From Tubiluchus corallicola (taxonomy: Eukaryota > Animalia > Priapulida), in assembly GCA_030141605.1 (NCBI GenBank), contig JAQGDQ010001568.1:1-34386 (forward strand): a stretch of 34,386 nucleotides of DNA. The letters run 5' to 3'. This document shows positions 1 to 12,340 of the stretch, piece after piece; the first letter of the stretch is position 1, and every line of letters begins with the position of its first letter. The position numbers were made by a program, and so were the translations under genes. The notes under the pieces were generated by a model. That model searched no databases and had not been told where the DNA came from. It saw nothing but the letters and a program-made list of their open reading frames with translations.

Positions 1-49
1 TTGCTTCTTTGCACATAAATCGTACAAATTTAGCTGGCTCTACCTAACG

Positions 50-1420
50 CTAATGTCTAGTGAAAGTTCTACATGTTAATGACTTATCAAATGACTAATG
101 TTGGAAATCTTATCAAGTGCAGTTTGTTATCCAAGTCCCAAATAAACTTCAGAAAATCTCGACTAGGAGGCGACATACAAATCATCCGGAAGGCTTTCTC
201 GATGTAAGCAACTAGACCAATTCGTTGGCTGTGGAAATGTACCAAGATAGCCAAGAGGTCGCTGACCAAGTTCAATAGCAGGCTTTGCTGAACCATTATT
301 TTGGATATAAGCACGTGGTACTTTTCCTTGTGTTTGTTTTTTTGCAAAATTAGGCGGTTGATCGACAGGTGAGCTAGGACAGGACACAGGTCGTTTGCTT
401 CATTTTGGAGTCGGATTGGAAAGAAGTCATTCTTGTTCAATACGTTGTGTCGTTTTATAACAAGTTAGTAAGATGCGACAAAGGTGTAAGTTTGATTTCT
501 TCATATTTCATCATATTATTATACATTTTCATTATAGCAATTAATTTTTTTTTGGACATTAGATTAGTGCTTCAGATAAAATGCAGTTGAGTCGCACATA
601 ATATGTAAGTCAGTCAGTCAATTATGTCATTATTTGATAGTAATTTTAGATTGAGATGAGAACTGTCCATTTTGGACGATAAAAAATCAGAAATTACATC
701 TAAAAGACTGTCGGACTTGCATTTAGTGTATTCCGCGCACAGCCATTGAAAACAACTCGTATCTTTGCTCCTTGGATGAGCCTAAAGTAGTCTCGTATCC
801 ATTAATATGCCAGACAATCATACTTTTTCCAGTCAAGATGGATATTCATAGATTCCAACTGCCACCAAGACTCCCAGGACTCACAGTTATTGGCGTCTGT
901 ATTCCAGAGTTCTTAGTGTGTGCAAGAGGACTGTTGAGACAGGAAGTTAGGAACACAACCACTCAAGGTGCAGCCAAAGATGGTAGGAGTCAGCATAAGA
1001 TCGAAGTGGAAAGAAGTGAATTAGGAGAAAAGATGTGAGGATGGGCCTCGTTTCCAAACAATGCACCAATGTGTAACTGTGGCTGGCTGTAATTATTAGC
1101 ATGATCCAAATCTTGTGGTAATATAGTTAAACAAGACAAATGAACACCCTAAAGTTGTGAGCATATAAATGAAACAATCTACAAATTTACGAAATAATTC
1201 TGATCGCAATACATGCTGCAATACAATACAATTTTAAATCCACAGTTTTGTCTGCTAATGGAGGAAGTATTCCTCCCACCAAAAGTTTGCACTTGAAACA
1301 ACTTTTGTCGAGTGGCACGTTTGCAATAAATTTGTCGACCGAGAGCATCCCCCAACAAGAAGTAGACGAATAGAACGATCGGTTCCATCCATGTGGACAA
1401 CACCTGTATTTGTCCGGACT
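50..1420 (-). mobile_element. Decayed BEL/Pao LTR retrotransposon pol remnant (protease region to reverse transcriptase)
   Basis: Minus-strand peptides occur in Pao order. LFQVQTFGG lies at ~1285-1310, IGALFGNE at ~1047-1070, LTPTIFGCTLSG at ~960-995 and GYETTLG..FSMAVRGIH at ~725-800. These are followed by NLVSDLLAILVHFHSQRIGLVAYIEKAFRMICMSPPSRDFLKFIW (ORF 87-440), which resembles the Pao RT consensus LLRFR...ADIEKAF.QI....DRDFLRFLW. There are many frameshifts and stops, and an AT-rich gap at ~440-690. Confidence 0.75.
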
Positions 1421-1489
1421 CTTTCCTTTATGCGTTGTTTATTTAACTGAGTGATCAGTTAATTGTACTTTCATATTATGATATTATTT

Positions 1490-1894
1490 CATCATTATTG
1501 TATGTTTGCATACATCATGTGATTATTTTTCTTATATGCAATAAAGCAGCGAATCACGTAGATCATGTATTTCATTGTCTCTTTTTACAGTTTGCAGTTT
1601 TTTCCGATGCAAAGTAATCAACAAGTTTATAGGTTCGCTATTTCACATCAAGACTGAGTCAGTTTCGATATGTTAAATTCAGTGAATGATATACATTTTC
1701 GAGATATACATTCTCGATTACCTATTCCTTCCTAACAAAATAAAAAAAAAAATCTGCCACAATTTTTTCGTAACACCTGGGCTGTCATGTTAACCGTGAA
1801 TGAGTTCAATTCTGTCCCTGGGTATTTAATTTACAGTAAGCTCACTAGTTTATTCCGGGTATTAAAATACTTGCAAACCTACCTAGAGGTACTC
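1490..1894 (+). repeat. Diverged dispersed repeat, copy 1 (paralogous to ~23165-23420)
   Basis: Shares exact blocks tcacatcaagactgagtcag (1643-1662 = 23310-23329) and atgttaaattcagtgaat (1670-1687 = 23337-23354), plus a similar pyrimidine tract followed by acagtttRcagttttt. Confidence 0.75.
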
Positions 1895-3733
1895 AGGCTG
1901 TCATTTAAACGTCGAATCATTTATATCTACCTAACTCGGGCTTCAATCTGAAGTTGAAAATTTTATCGGTACATCCGCATAGGTGACCATTCGACGCTTG
2001 CGATCTCTGTAAGCAATGTCATAAGAACCGTCTGGTTGGATTATTTTTTTTCATTTTTAAATAGTTAGCTGCTAACTTGGGTGCGTTATATATGTGATAA
2101 TTTAACATTTACAGACTGATTACTTGGTTAATGATCTATACTTTCATTATGTGCTTTGCCTAATGCGATTAATTTAATCTAAAATCCGCTTTGTTAAAAA
2201 CTGATAACGTAGACGCGCCAAAGTATGTAAATGATAAGAGTAACCCACATTTTAATCGGCCATTTTAGTCAAATTTTTGTGCTTCTCTAACCTGCAAGTC
2301 ATAGGTTAATCTAATTTGCATCTTTTGTTAGGAGCAAATCGTTTTCATATGTGACTCACAGACGTAAGCTTTCTACATTTTCCCTATTAAAAAGTAATTA
2401 GTCCATATGTTTTGACTTGTGTGAAGAAATTTCGACACGGACATTTCGACGCAAGAACAATTGGATAATTGATATAGTTAATTTGGATGCTTATTGCTTA
2501 TTTGAGATAGAATATAGAATATTTGAGCACTAGATATTTTGACAGTATAATTATACATGTAGGTAATTTGAATTCATAAAAAGTAAGCATAGCATTTGGA
2601 TTTTTGATTCAATGTGACATAGATATATATTAAGAAACCAATACCTATACTTCTTAGACCCTTTAAGTTCAATTTTATTCTTTCATTGCTGAATTTGAAA
2701 TTATTGCAAATACTTTGAGAAAAAAATTTAGCCTGAAAGGAAACATAGCGACGTATAACAACGAATATTCTAAATAAAATATTTTTTCCAAAGCAAAACA
2801 AAGCCATATATTGTCGAAGGAAAATAACAGTGAATCTGAGTATGTTGAATTTTTAAACGATAAACACCGAACACGTAGGTTCTTGATAAAGCGATTTCAC
2901 ATGTGGTGTTGAAAGTTGAAGGTTATAACAAACGATAAAAATATTAAAGTAAGAGTTAATATGCAGTCCTGTTGAATCAAGCCATTCGAAAGTCCCACAT
3001 TAAAACGCGGATTGATTCACACTAAATACCCCAACGCCACATCCTGAATGTATCTGCTGCACTGTACGTATAAATTGCACAATTTAATTTGCAAGAAAGG
3101 ACATTTCGTTTTGTTATAGTTAATTGTATGATCTGTAAGAATGAGGTTCAGTTGGAATTCCTCTAGACTGCGCTTGGTCTTTAGACCTCGATAAGATAAT
3201 TGATTTGATAAGACGGTTGATAATTATTGTTACACTGCATAAGAAAATGCTGCTATTTTTGGCTTCTTTAGAAAATGAACCGCTTTAGCAGCAAGGTAGG
3301 TCTCACAAAAACGTTTTTAACATCATGTATTAACAAATTGTGGTTGATTTTGCAATTTGCTGTGGACTGTCACACTATTATTGTTATTAGCCGTACTTCA
3401 GCATATAAGATGCTGTACATAAGAAGCGAATCCTGTCAAAAATAGTGTATAACAATTTTTTTATAAATTGCGCAATGCATTTACCTTTTCTGTATAAGTT
3501 AATTTATGTTTGTGTGCTTACACGCTTTAATTTTCTTAACTTTGAATTACTGCAAAACTAATCAAGACGTTGTTATAAAACGAGCTTTTGGCCAGATAAG
3601 TTTATTCCGGAAAAATATCTTACCTTGTCAAATGAAAAGGCAATTAAACGTATTGTTCATTCGTTAACGACAATTATGATGATTACGTAACAATTGCAGT
3701 TAACGAATACAATGTTGATGGTGATGATTTTTG

Positions 3734-4725
3734 TATAGATTTTACACGTCAAATGTAGACACAGTTCAGTTCAAATGTGACTTAGGTAAGTCAAATATAG
3801 ACATAGGAATTTCGAATGTGTTTTGGTAACTCAAATGTGACTTAGGTAAGTCAAATGTAGACATAGGAATTTCGAATGAGTTTTGGTAACTCAAATGTGA
3901 CTTAGGTAAGTCAAATGTCGACATAGGAATTTTGAATGAGTTTTGGTAACTCAAATGTGACTTAGGTAAGTCAAATGTAGACATAGGAATTTCGAATGTG
4001 TTTTGGTAACTCAAATGTGACTTAGGTAAGTCAAATGTAGACATAGGAATTTCGAATGAGTTTTGGTAACTCAAATGTGACTTAAGTAAGTCAAATGTAC
4101 ACATAGGACTTTCGAATGTGTTTTCGTAACTCAAATGTGACTTAGGTGAGTCAAATGTAGATGCATTACTTTGAATAAATAGGTAATTAACTCATTTAAG
4201 TGCAAATTACAAAAAGATAAACCAAAGATAGTCATCACCTCTTTCATAACTTTGAAAAATGTGTTGTTTATCCCTTCCCAATGAACAGAATCTCTAATTA
4301 GTTTTTTTAAGTAATGCATTAGCACTGCATTAATAAATTAGTTTCTCCCAAGAAACATTGCTCATTTTAAGAATATATTGTTTTCTCTAACAGTTCCAAT
4401 GGTATGTAAAGTTTACAGAATATTAGTGAACTATTAGTAGACCTATAAAGTTATTATTTTCATAGCAATTATTAAATTAAGATTAAAGGAGATTAAATTT
4501 AACATCCTTAAACTTTACCACCTATCCACATTTGAGATACTAATGTCACATTTGACTTGACATGTGTCTACATTTGACTGACCAAAAATGCTCAAGATTT
4601 CTTGAAAACCATTGTTAACACATTTGAACTACCTAAGTCTACATTTGAGTTACCAAGACACATTTGAATTACCTAAATCTACATTTGGGTTAACGCAGGT
4701 CTACATTTGACATGTAAAACCTATA
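3734..4725. mobile_element. Non-autonomous foldback/MITE-like DNA transposon with 27-bp terminal inverted repeats and subterminal tandem repeats
   Basis: The left end tatagattttacacgtcaaatgtagac (3734-3760) is 25/27 identical to the reverse complement of the right end gtctacatttgacatgtaaaacctata (4699-4725). tcaaatgt-type units occur on the left and their complement acatttga on the right (4545-4712). The outermost TA could be a TA target-site duplication. Confidence 0.8.
3771..4160. repeat. 60-bp minisatellite, ~6.5 copies, built from three related 20-bp subunits
   Basis: The unit tcaaatgtgacttaggtaag-tcaaatgtagacataggaat-ttcgaatgWgttttggtaac repeats in register across consecutive 60-nt lines. 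It explains the repetitive ORF 3766-4134. Confidence 0.97.
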
Positions 4726-4759
4726 GAGTTTTCGCTAACTATTAATTTTTTGTTCTCAG

Positions 4760-5377
4760 ATGGAAAAAATCTTCCGCCATAAATATGCAACAGATCAGCA
4801 TGATGGTGATGTAACGAAGAATATTGTAGACAATCTACGTCTTAGTGAAGTTCTGCAGGCAGCGACAATACACCCAATAAAGACTGCTGAATATATGCAT
4901 TACATAAAAATGATTGTCAAGAGTTTTAAAAAAGTGCAACTTCGTTATGAATCTGTTAATTTGCAAGCCGATATATTCATAATGGACAAGATAATTAACA
5001 GGAATAACCTGCAAACACTTGTCTTCGGCAATTACACAAAAGTGTTTCTTGAGGATCTGACGACCTGGAATCTTGCGGAAGGTGACAAAAACGCTTCTGA
5101 TTTATATACTAACCGATTCGACGAAAATTTTTGCTTGACGTTATTTGTGAAAAAAATTGCAAGACAACTAATATGGATTAATAAACAGTTCAGCGAAAGG
5201 AGAATGCAAACACCATTTCACAGGGCTCACCACGTATATTTTCAGTACAATACAGCATACGGGGCTCGTTACATTGTTAATTTGTTACATGGAACGGAAA
5301 ATATAAGACAATCTATTATGCGTATACATTTACATCAACGATTTCTACCTTTAACAATTGTGCAAGCCATGTATTGA
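4760..5377 (+). CDS. CHSY1: Chondroitin sulfate synthase (CHSY1)-like exon, middle region; lacks the C-terminal transferase domain (truncated gene or pseudo-exon)
   Basis: Preceded by a good acceptor, attttttgttctcag|ATG. MEKIFRHKY..NIVDNLRLSEVLQAATIHPIKTAEYMHYI..KKVQLRYESVNLQADIFIMDK aligns by eye with CHSY1 MQQLFYENY..GYIRDLHNSKIHQAITLHPNKNPPYQYRL..KISELRHRTIQLHREIVLMSK. YFQYNTAYGARYIVNLL resembles YRRVNPMYGAEYILDLL, and IHLHQRF resembles AYLQQTF. Confidence 0.75.
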   Translation: MEKIFRHKYATDQHDGDVTKNIVDNLRLSEVLQAATIHPIKTAEYMHYIKMIVKSFKKVQLRYESVNLQADIFIMDKIINRNNLQTLVFGNYTKVFLEDLTTWNLAEGDKNASDLYTNRFDENFCLTLFVKKIARQLIWINKQFSERRMQTPFHRAHHVYFQYNTAYGARYIVNLLHGTENIRQSIMRIHLHQRFLPLTIVQAMY

Positions 5378-7439
5378 AAAGTAATTACGGCAATTTTTTA
5401 ACCAGAAACTGTACCATTCAAGCAGGCATATTATGACATTATATTTGTGACAAGGATAGTGACATGAGTGTGAAATAAACACGCACCTTTGCTGATTTAG
5501 GCTGTAACGCAATTATTGTACACATTACTAATTACTGTTACTTGGTTTAATTTGAAAGGATTTTATTATTACCTTGCAGTATTAACTATACGTGACAGCA
5601 CCATGCTATGGGTAATTATAATAAATGCAGTGTCCATGGTGCTTTTTTTTCTTTCAAATGTAACATTCATTATAAATGGTTTTTAAATTAACAAAAACTA
5701 TTATTTAATTTCTAGAAAATAATGTAAAAACAATATTGTAATTGCTTTAAAAGTACAATAATTTTAACATAAATATCAAGTCAAGATTAATATTTAAATA
5801 GCAAGTAATTTTTGTATTGAACACTGCAGTTCTTTACTTGTCTGAATTTACCAGCACAGCTTCTGTGAAAAATATCAGTTAACCTTCAAATATTCGTGTT
5901 GCTATTGGTTCTTTTGTTTATGCATTATGGCACAAGTAAACTTGTATGTTGTGGTAACCAGTTCAGGGATGTGATTACTTTAAGGATATTGTATCTCAAT
6001 TTATGTTAGGATGTACTGTCAGGTGCTGCCAACTTTCCTGCCTTTGAGTTTCACTTTCACATTGAAAACATAATTGTTCTGACGGGTATGATTTGCCTTG
6101 TGTAATTAGATAGATCAAATTATTAGATAATCAATGAACATAACTTTGGAAATCATCAAGTGAAACATTTTTTCAATTTAATTCAAAAGTTTGTTTTTGA
6201 ACGAATACAGTGCTTTTAAATTATACAACTTGTGTGTAGAGAGATAAGTAGTGAAAGACCAGGGCATCATCAATTCAGACATCACTACATAACTCAAGAA
6301 TATTGTAAAGGACTACAGAAGGACTAAAGACCGACTAAAGGAAAATATATAGTTAGGTCTTAATTGCAGTAAATGCACAAAAGCAAGGCAGTAATGGAGT
6401 TAACTTATGGATGCTGCTGATCAACAAAACTGCACTTAAGTTTACGTGTAACAAATGAAGGTTAAAAATGAAAAACTCTTCTTGTTTCATTCCTCTGAAT
6501 GGCTTCTACACTTCTTTGCCGTAACCATGAAATCTCTACACTGGTTTGTTCATTTTATTGCCTATTTGCTATTTTATTTACTATTTGACCATTTGTTTTC
6601 CAATTCAAGAATCATTTGACTGTCTAATTATTCTATTTGATTCAGATCTTGAATATATCTGTTAATATATATTTTTTCAAATTTTTTTCTTTCCACAAGA
6701 GTTTTCAATCAAAATGACAGGGTGCTACAAATACAATTTGGAAAATATTCATCTTGCCTAGTCTTAGGGGTTAATGTTTTGCTAGCTACTTTATGATCGA
6801 TAATTGCTGCTATTGGGTTTACACAAAATGATTTCTTTACTAGCATCTCAACAAATGGTCAGTACTGACCCTATTCTCTTGTCCACTAATTGGTATGCAC
6901 ACTGTTAGCAAGCGGCATCTCTTTGAATTTTGCACCTGCCAGTTTCACTAATCTGCGACATCTCTGCTTGTCGAATTCAAACTCTCGAACTCATTAAATT
7001 CAAGCTACAAGCTGGCTGAGTCCCCTATAATCAAATTATACGAATTTCCTTATCAAACTCAGGGAGGAGTAATTTTGTCATCATAATCTAATTCATCCGA
7101 TAATCCCAATTAATATTAACTGAAATTCATATTTTAAATTTTATTCATGATGTTGGTGTCAAGCAATTCAATCAAAAATTTTATCATTATTTGTTTTCTT
7201 TTTACAAATTTACAAATATGCAAATGCAAAACTGTTTAAAAAGGAAGCCAGCCTTAGTCATGTGACTTACGCTTTTAGTAGTACACGCCACCTATCAATC
7301 AAACTTGTTTCTATACGTAGTCACACTTTCTGTTGCCGCTATACTGTTTATTCCATTTTGTGATACTTTCGTTGTTTTTGTCTATTAACTAGTTGCATTT
7401 TCAAGCCAAGTCACCAGTAAATGTAAGTCACATCTACCT

Positions 7440-7660
7440 TTATAATTAGTTAAACGTTTAAATCGGTTAAAATTGCTTCATAGAGTCATAAAGTAATAAT
7501 TTGTTTCAGTCTTCTTAAAACTTCTTATAACTTTTTGTCTAAATGGTAATAAGCTTTTGCACATTCCAAAGCACCTTTTGTAATCCTGTATTTTAATAAA
7601 TTGCAGGTCTATCGCACAGTTCAACATTGATTTTTGCCGTTTCTTTGCCTGGACTGGGCG
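7440..7660 (-). mobile_element. Possible Maverick/Polinton protein-primed DNA polymerase B C-terminal fragment
   Basis: KKRQKSMLNCAIDLQFIKIQDYKRCF...FRQKVIRSFK, followed in another frame by QIITL, resembles the pPolB tail KKAKGVKKCVV...I.FEDYKRCL...RQNVIRS.KH.IYT. The match is short and degenerate. Confidence 0.4.
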
Positions 7661-8658
7661 CATCCACACATAACAATAGTTACCAATCATATAATCTACC
7701 TCTATCACAGTGCAGATTAGGTCAGATTACTAAACTATATGCCTCTTCTGGTGAATTAATCTGACCGGCTGTGGTTGAAACGAGCAACGGAAGATCAAAA
7801 GCAGAAACCCTAACTATGCAAGAAAATTACAAATTTCGTCATCATTGACGGCAGCAGTTCCATAGGGCGCAAAATTATGGTGGGCGCCAAATTCTTTATG
7901 TAATTCTTCATTTTTTTAAGTTTAGCATAATTAACAAGAAAATGTATGCGTAATTACTTAAGTGCACAACACTCTATTTAAATGAAACGAACTGCTTGCA
8001 TTATTTTCCTGTCATATTGTACGATCCATAAAAGCTAGTAAGTGTCATCCAAGTGCAAAACATTCAACTTTTGCATTGTCTTATTTCCTAAGATTACGTC
8101 AATTCATGCAGACACCATAGTCATGTTTCTCTGCTTTTTGTCCCCAGTTTCTATTGTACGGTGTGCATATACTGTATGGAGCTGCACATATAAGAAAGTG
8201 CTTCTAATAACGATTTTTCCATTACTAAAAAGTTCTTACCCACACCGTTATCTAATAATGACTGATAAACTTATAAGAATCAAAGTTTTCAAAAGTGAAG
8301 TGCAGGAAATGAATAGCAAAAAGGTTCCTAATGTAGTCTTTTAATATGAGCAACTATAAAAAATATTTTTAATTTAAAGTTAAATTTGTTTGTCTTTGGA
8401 GGCTGTGGAGCGGACCGACAGAAAAGGGGTTGATCACTGGAAAGAAAGCTTTAAATTACTTCTGGCTCGGGCGTCGAACTACATAGAGTCGACACTGAAA
8501 ACACTGAGAGTTGACCCAAATGGCTTAAAATTAAATCGCTATACGACGCCATGCATACTGCCAGAACATTAAATCTTTTAGGTCGAAGTGTATCACTTGC
8601 AATTTCACTCAGTATCGTAATTATATGTTCTGCAACTAAGAGTTGAAAGGCTGCAAGA

Positions 8659-9672
8659 ATGTATCGTTTCTTTTGCACGAAGTTAAAGCATGTGCAAAAA
8701 ACATTTATCAGGATTGTGTTGCTCATATTATTAATCAAAATATGCCTGCTAATAATGTGTGAGACAGAAGAAGTTTGTTCACCCAAATATGTAAGCAAAA
8801 TGTTCGTGAAAGAACAGAGCGCTGTTAGAAAAGAACTGACGCGAGATTTTGAAACACAGCTTGATGGTAAGCAAGAAATGAGATCGGACAAGTTGAAAGT
8901 TATAAGTGGCAACAAAAAAAAGTTGTCAACGAATCAAAGAAAAGTATCGTCTCTGTCACAGTACGTTAGCAATGTTGTGTTTGATGAAGCAAGTGTGCTC
9001 AAAACGACGTTTTTTGATAATTTTGCAAGGAAAGAATATCGCTATTACAAAGTCATCAGTTATTTTCGGGGAACAAAAATGTTTTCCCCTGACCTTACTG
9101 TGACCATTGCTACACACTGTTCATGGCAATACATCCACCATCTACTAGACTTAGTGCACAGACACAATGGCCCTATATCAGCATCATTGTACGTACCTGG
9201 GAACAGCTATGATTTTGTTATGGAAATTGTCTCGAATATGAGAAAGTGTTATCAGGAATTTGCAGAAAAGGTGACAATTTCACTGTTTTTTCCAGAAGAC
9301 GGGTATCCAACAACTGACAGAAATGTACACAAAGCTAATAGTACAATCCGCTGTGAACAGTTGTCACAAAAACCTACAAAAGGGCCTGACTTGTCTCGTT
9401 ATGGGGCGTACCCTATTAATCTGGGAAGAAACACAGCACGTTTGGCAGTTTATACAAAATACATGTTACTACTGGATGTTGAGCTAAAACCCAGCCTTAA
9501 TCTAACTGAAAGCTTTTCTCAAATGATGATGCTCAACAAGTATCATATTGAAAAAACAAAGGCCTTGTATGTATTACCAACTTTTGAAGTACATGCGAGT
9601 CGACCAGTTCCTAATAACAAACACGAACTATTAAGATTATTGGAACAAAATGAGGCTTTCCCATTTCAACAG
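8659..9672 (+). CDS. B4GAT1: B4GAT1-like (GT49, beta-1,4-glucuronyltransferase / LARGE C-domain family) coding exon 1
   Basis: Type II membrane N-terminus (basic residues, then IVLLILLIKICLLIMC). Family motifs VTIATH, GPISASLY, YPINLGRNTAR, LLLDVELKPS, YVLPTFEV and PNNKHELL. Donor CAG|gtatgc at 9672/9673, phase 0 (338 codons). Confidence 0.9.
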
Positions 9673-9759
9673 GTATGCCGTAATGTTCAACGATAATTTT
9701 GCTATAGGGTTCTCATTTACATACTCCGAGAGCATCAACTTCCCTTAATAATTATAGAT

Positions 9760-10432
9760 ATAACTGACAATATCCCAACTCTTTACACGAATTATAAACA
9801 TTTCACTGGCAATCGGTGTTGCTATATCTAACCTAAAAGGTCGATTGTTTTTCCGCTTATAAACTCAAAAGAAGCTATAGTCTTCAACAGTTATATGTGA
9901 CAGGCGTATTTCGCTTTATAGTATAATAAAGTACTATCTTACTTAGGCAAATTGAATGTAATAAAGAATGAACAATTTGGTTTTCATCAAAATAGATCTA
10001 GTGAGTTTACAGATATACCGCACAATGTAAAAAAGTATATTTTGTGGCGTCGCTTTTTTTTGGCACTGTAACTCATGAGGTGTTACAGCAAAGTTACATC
10101 ATTTTGGTCTTAGAGAGATTTCAAATGCACTGATGTCTACCTCCCATCTCTACTAACTATTTCAAGTAGTCAGATCCAGTGAAGCTGTAATTACTCATGG
10201 CATACTCATAGTTTCAGTGTTAGGACTGTTTTTTCTTACATATCTTCAAAATATCAAGCACTACTTTGACACAAGTTTATATTCACGTTTCCCATAATAG
10301 TAATAATAAAAATAATAATAATAATAATTATTATTATTATTACTATTATTATTATCATTATTATTTTTATTATTATTATTGTTATTTATTATTATTATTA
10401 TTATTAGTAGTAGTAGTAGTAGTAGTAGTAGC

Positions 10433-10479
<47 letters not shown>

Positions 10480-10498
10480 CAGTAGTAGTAGTAGCAGC

Positions 10499-10568
<70 letters not shown>

Positions 10569-11270
10569 GTAGTAGTAGTAGTAGTATATAAGTTAGACCA
10601 GTCGGGAATTTCAATTGATTTCCACTTAGTTTAAAACAAACTAACTGTCACTTAATTTGTCAAAAATTAAATATATCATTCTTAGGTCACGAAGTAAGAA
10701 AATTACTTTTAATAACTGTGCCGTAGAAACTGACATGCTATCAATGAAACACGTTAAAGAAATAGGACAATGTGGTATTACGCAGAATGAATATTTAGAG
10801 TGGAACCCACATATCGATATGATTAAAAAATATCAAAAGTGTAGGTGTTATATTTAATACAAAAATTTGTTTTAATCTAGTACATGGTTGCCTTGTTTGG
10901 GGTCAATAATCTGAAAAATGAGGAACATTTCAATTTAACTTGTTTTAAAATCAATAAAATTTTAGTTGTTGATCATGTAATTGAACTAAATACAGCTGTA
11001 TATATGCAGACCAAATTTTGTTTATTTCCCACGATTTTTAACAACTTAGTTTCGATTAATGTTCGAAATCGTGACACTAAAAGAACTGAATCGGTTATAA
11101 ATTTCTGCAGACCAGATATGGCACGCAAGTCCATTGCTAATGAGCATCCAGAGCTTTTGCATGAATTAGGTGATGAACTAAAATAGTTCTCATCAGTACA
11201 GAAATTTAAAAAAATAATGACAAAACTATCATTTTCAGTAAGTACAGTAACAATTCCTGAAATGCTGTTG
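9760..11270 (+). mobile_element. Decayed CR1/L2-type LINE reverse transcriptase in intron 1
   Basis: Ordered relics: TRIINISLAIGV, NEQFGFHQNRSSE, TVTHEVL..LHHFGLR, THGILIVSVLGLFFLTY (degenerate GVPQGSILGPLLFLIY), FDTSLY (degenerate FADDT), KTN*LSLNLSKIKYI, EYLEWNPHID and FKINKIL...NTAVYM..FPTIFNN. Confidence 0.75.
10294..10586. repeat. Compound trinucleotide microsatellite (TAA)n-(TTA)n-(TAG)n
   Basis: Directly visible. It produces the spurious poly-L, poly-V and poly-S ORFs. Confidence 0.98.
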
Positions 11271-11468
11271 AAGCTGCTACATCACTTACTACACATTCGC
11301 TTTTATCAATAAATAATTTATGTAAAATTTCTTAGGTAAGAATTTTTCGCAATGTGAACTATCCCGATTCTCTCGCCTTTCTTTCCCCTCGTTTCATACT
11401 ATTGCGAATCTTGTTTTTATCTTTTTTCACTTGATCTTTGCTCCCATCTTCTCCAGTTTTCACTATAA

Positions 11469-11508
11469 TGTGTGTGTGTGTATGCATGTGTGCGTGCATG
11501 CATGCATG
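11469..11508. repeat. (TG)n/(TGCA)n microsatellite
   Basis: tgtgtgtgtgtgtatgcatgtgtgcgtgcatgcatgcatg. Confidence 0.85.
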
Positions 11509-12340
11509 TTTATATAATGACACCTATAAAATGCTGATTCTGTAGTATGGTGAAATTGCCCAGAATATATAGTAAAGAAGGTTATCTATCCATTTACTAC
11601 CTAGCTTTAATGTTACTCAATTTTGGTCGAACAATTATATAGAGCCATACATTTAGATCATTTTGCTGTTTCCTGCAGAACTCGACGCTGTAAATAGAAA
11701 ATTTAAATTTGGCTTATACAGACTTAATTGTAATAAGAATATCATTTGAAATAAATTGATAAAAGGCTAAAGCGTTTTTGTGTAATTGCCAGAATAGGCA
11801 TGTCATAAATTTTTATGAAATTTTATCTAAAATTTAACCTGTTTTTAAATCAATTCATAAACAATATTGCAATATTATTATTACATATTATTTATAGTCA
11901 ATTTGATGGCAGTTTTACTTATGGATAGTGGTGTGTGTGTAATGTTGGCAATTTGACGTTCAAATAGAAAGTATTCTGTTGAATATCAGTGTAAAAGCCG
12001 TTCTACGCTGTCCAGAACTTTTTTAAAAAATCCCATTATCGCCAGTAGTGAATTCATTCACACTGTAATTAACCTCCTACATTGGTAGCAAAATGGCAGG
12101 ACCTACTGATATAAAAACTGTGTAGTCAGTGGATCAGTCGTGACAACAGCTGAAGAAATAACATTCACTTGGGTTTCAATGTTGTTAAATATATATTTAA
12201 ACAAGTATTCAAATGTTTATATTTTCAAGAAAGATCTGGATCTTCAGTTTACTATTTCACTTTTAAATTTTATCCTGTTTCACAAGTATATTAATAAATG
12301 TTTAATAAATGTCAAAGTTTGATGATTTTATTATTTTCAG

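Noticed and set aside
3135-3190. NEVQL / LDCAWSLD peptides faintly resembling the end of CHSY1 exon 2 (EDVEVG..QCVWSYE)
   Set aside because: Too short, needs a frameshift, flanked by stops, and no donor at the right place; consistent with chance.
3766-4134. Repetitive 122-aa ORF, and superficial resemblance of the array to CRISPR
   Set aside because: It is a translation of the 60-bp minisatellite; there are no unique spacers, no cas genes, and the context is eukaryotic.
8451-8915. 154-aa minus-strand ORF
   Set aside because: Antisense shadow of the B4GAT1-like exon and its upstream region; no motifs.
10261-10634. Poly-Leu, poly-Val and poly-Ser ORFs
   Set aside because: Microsatellite translations.
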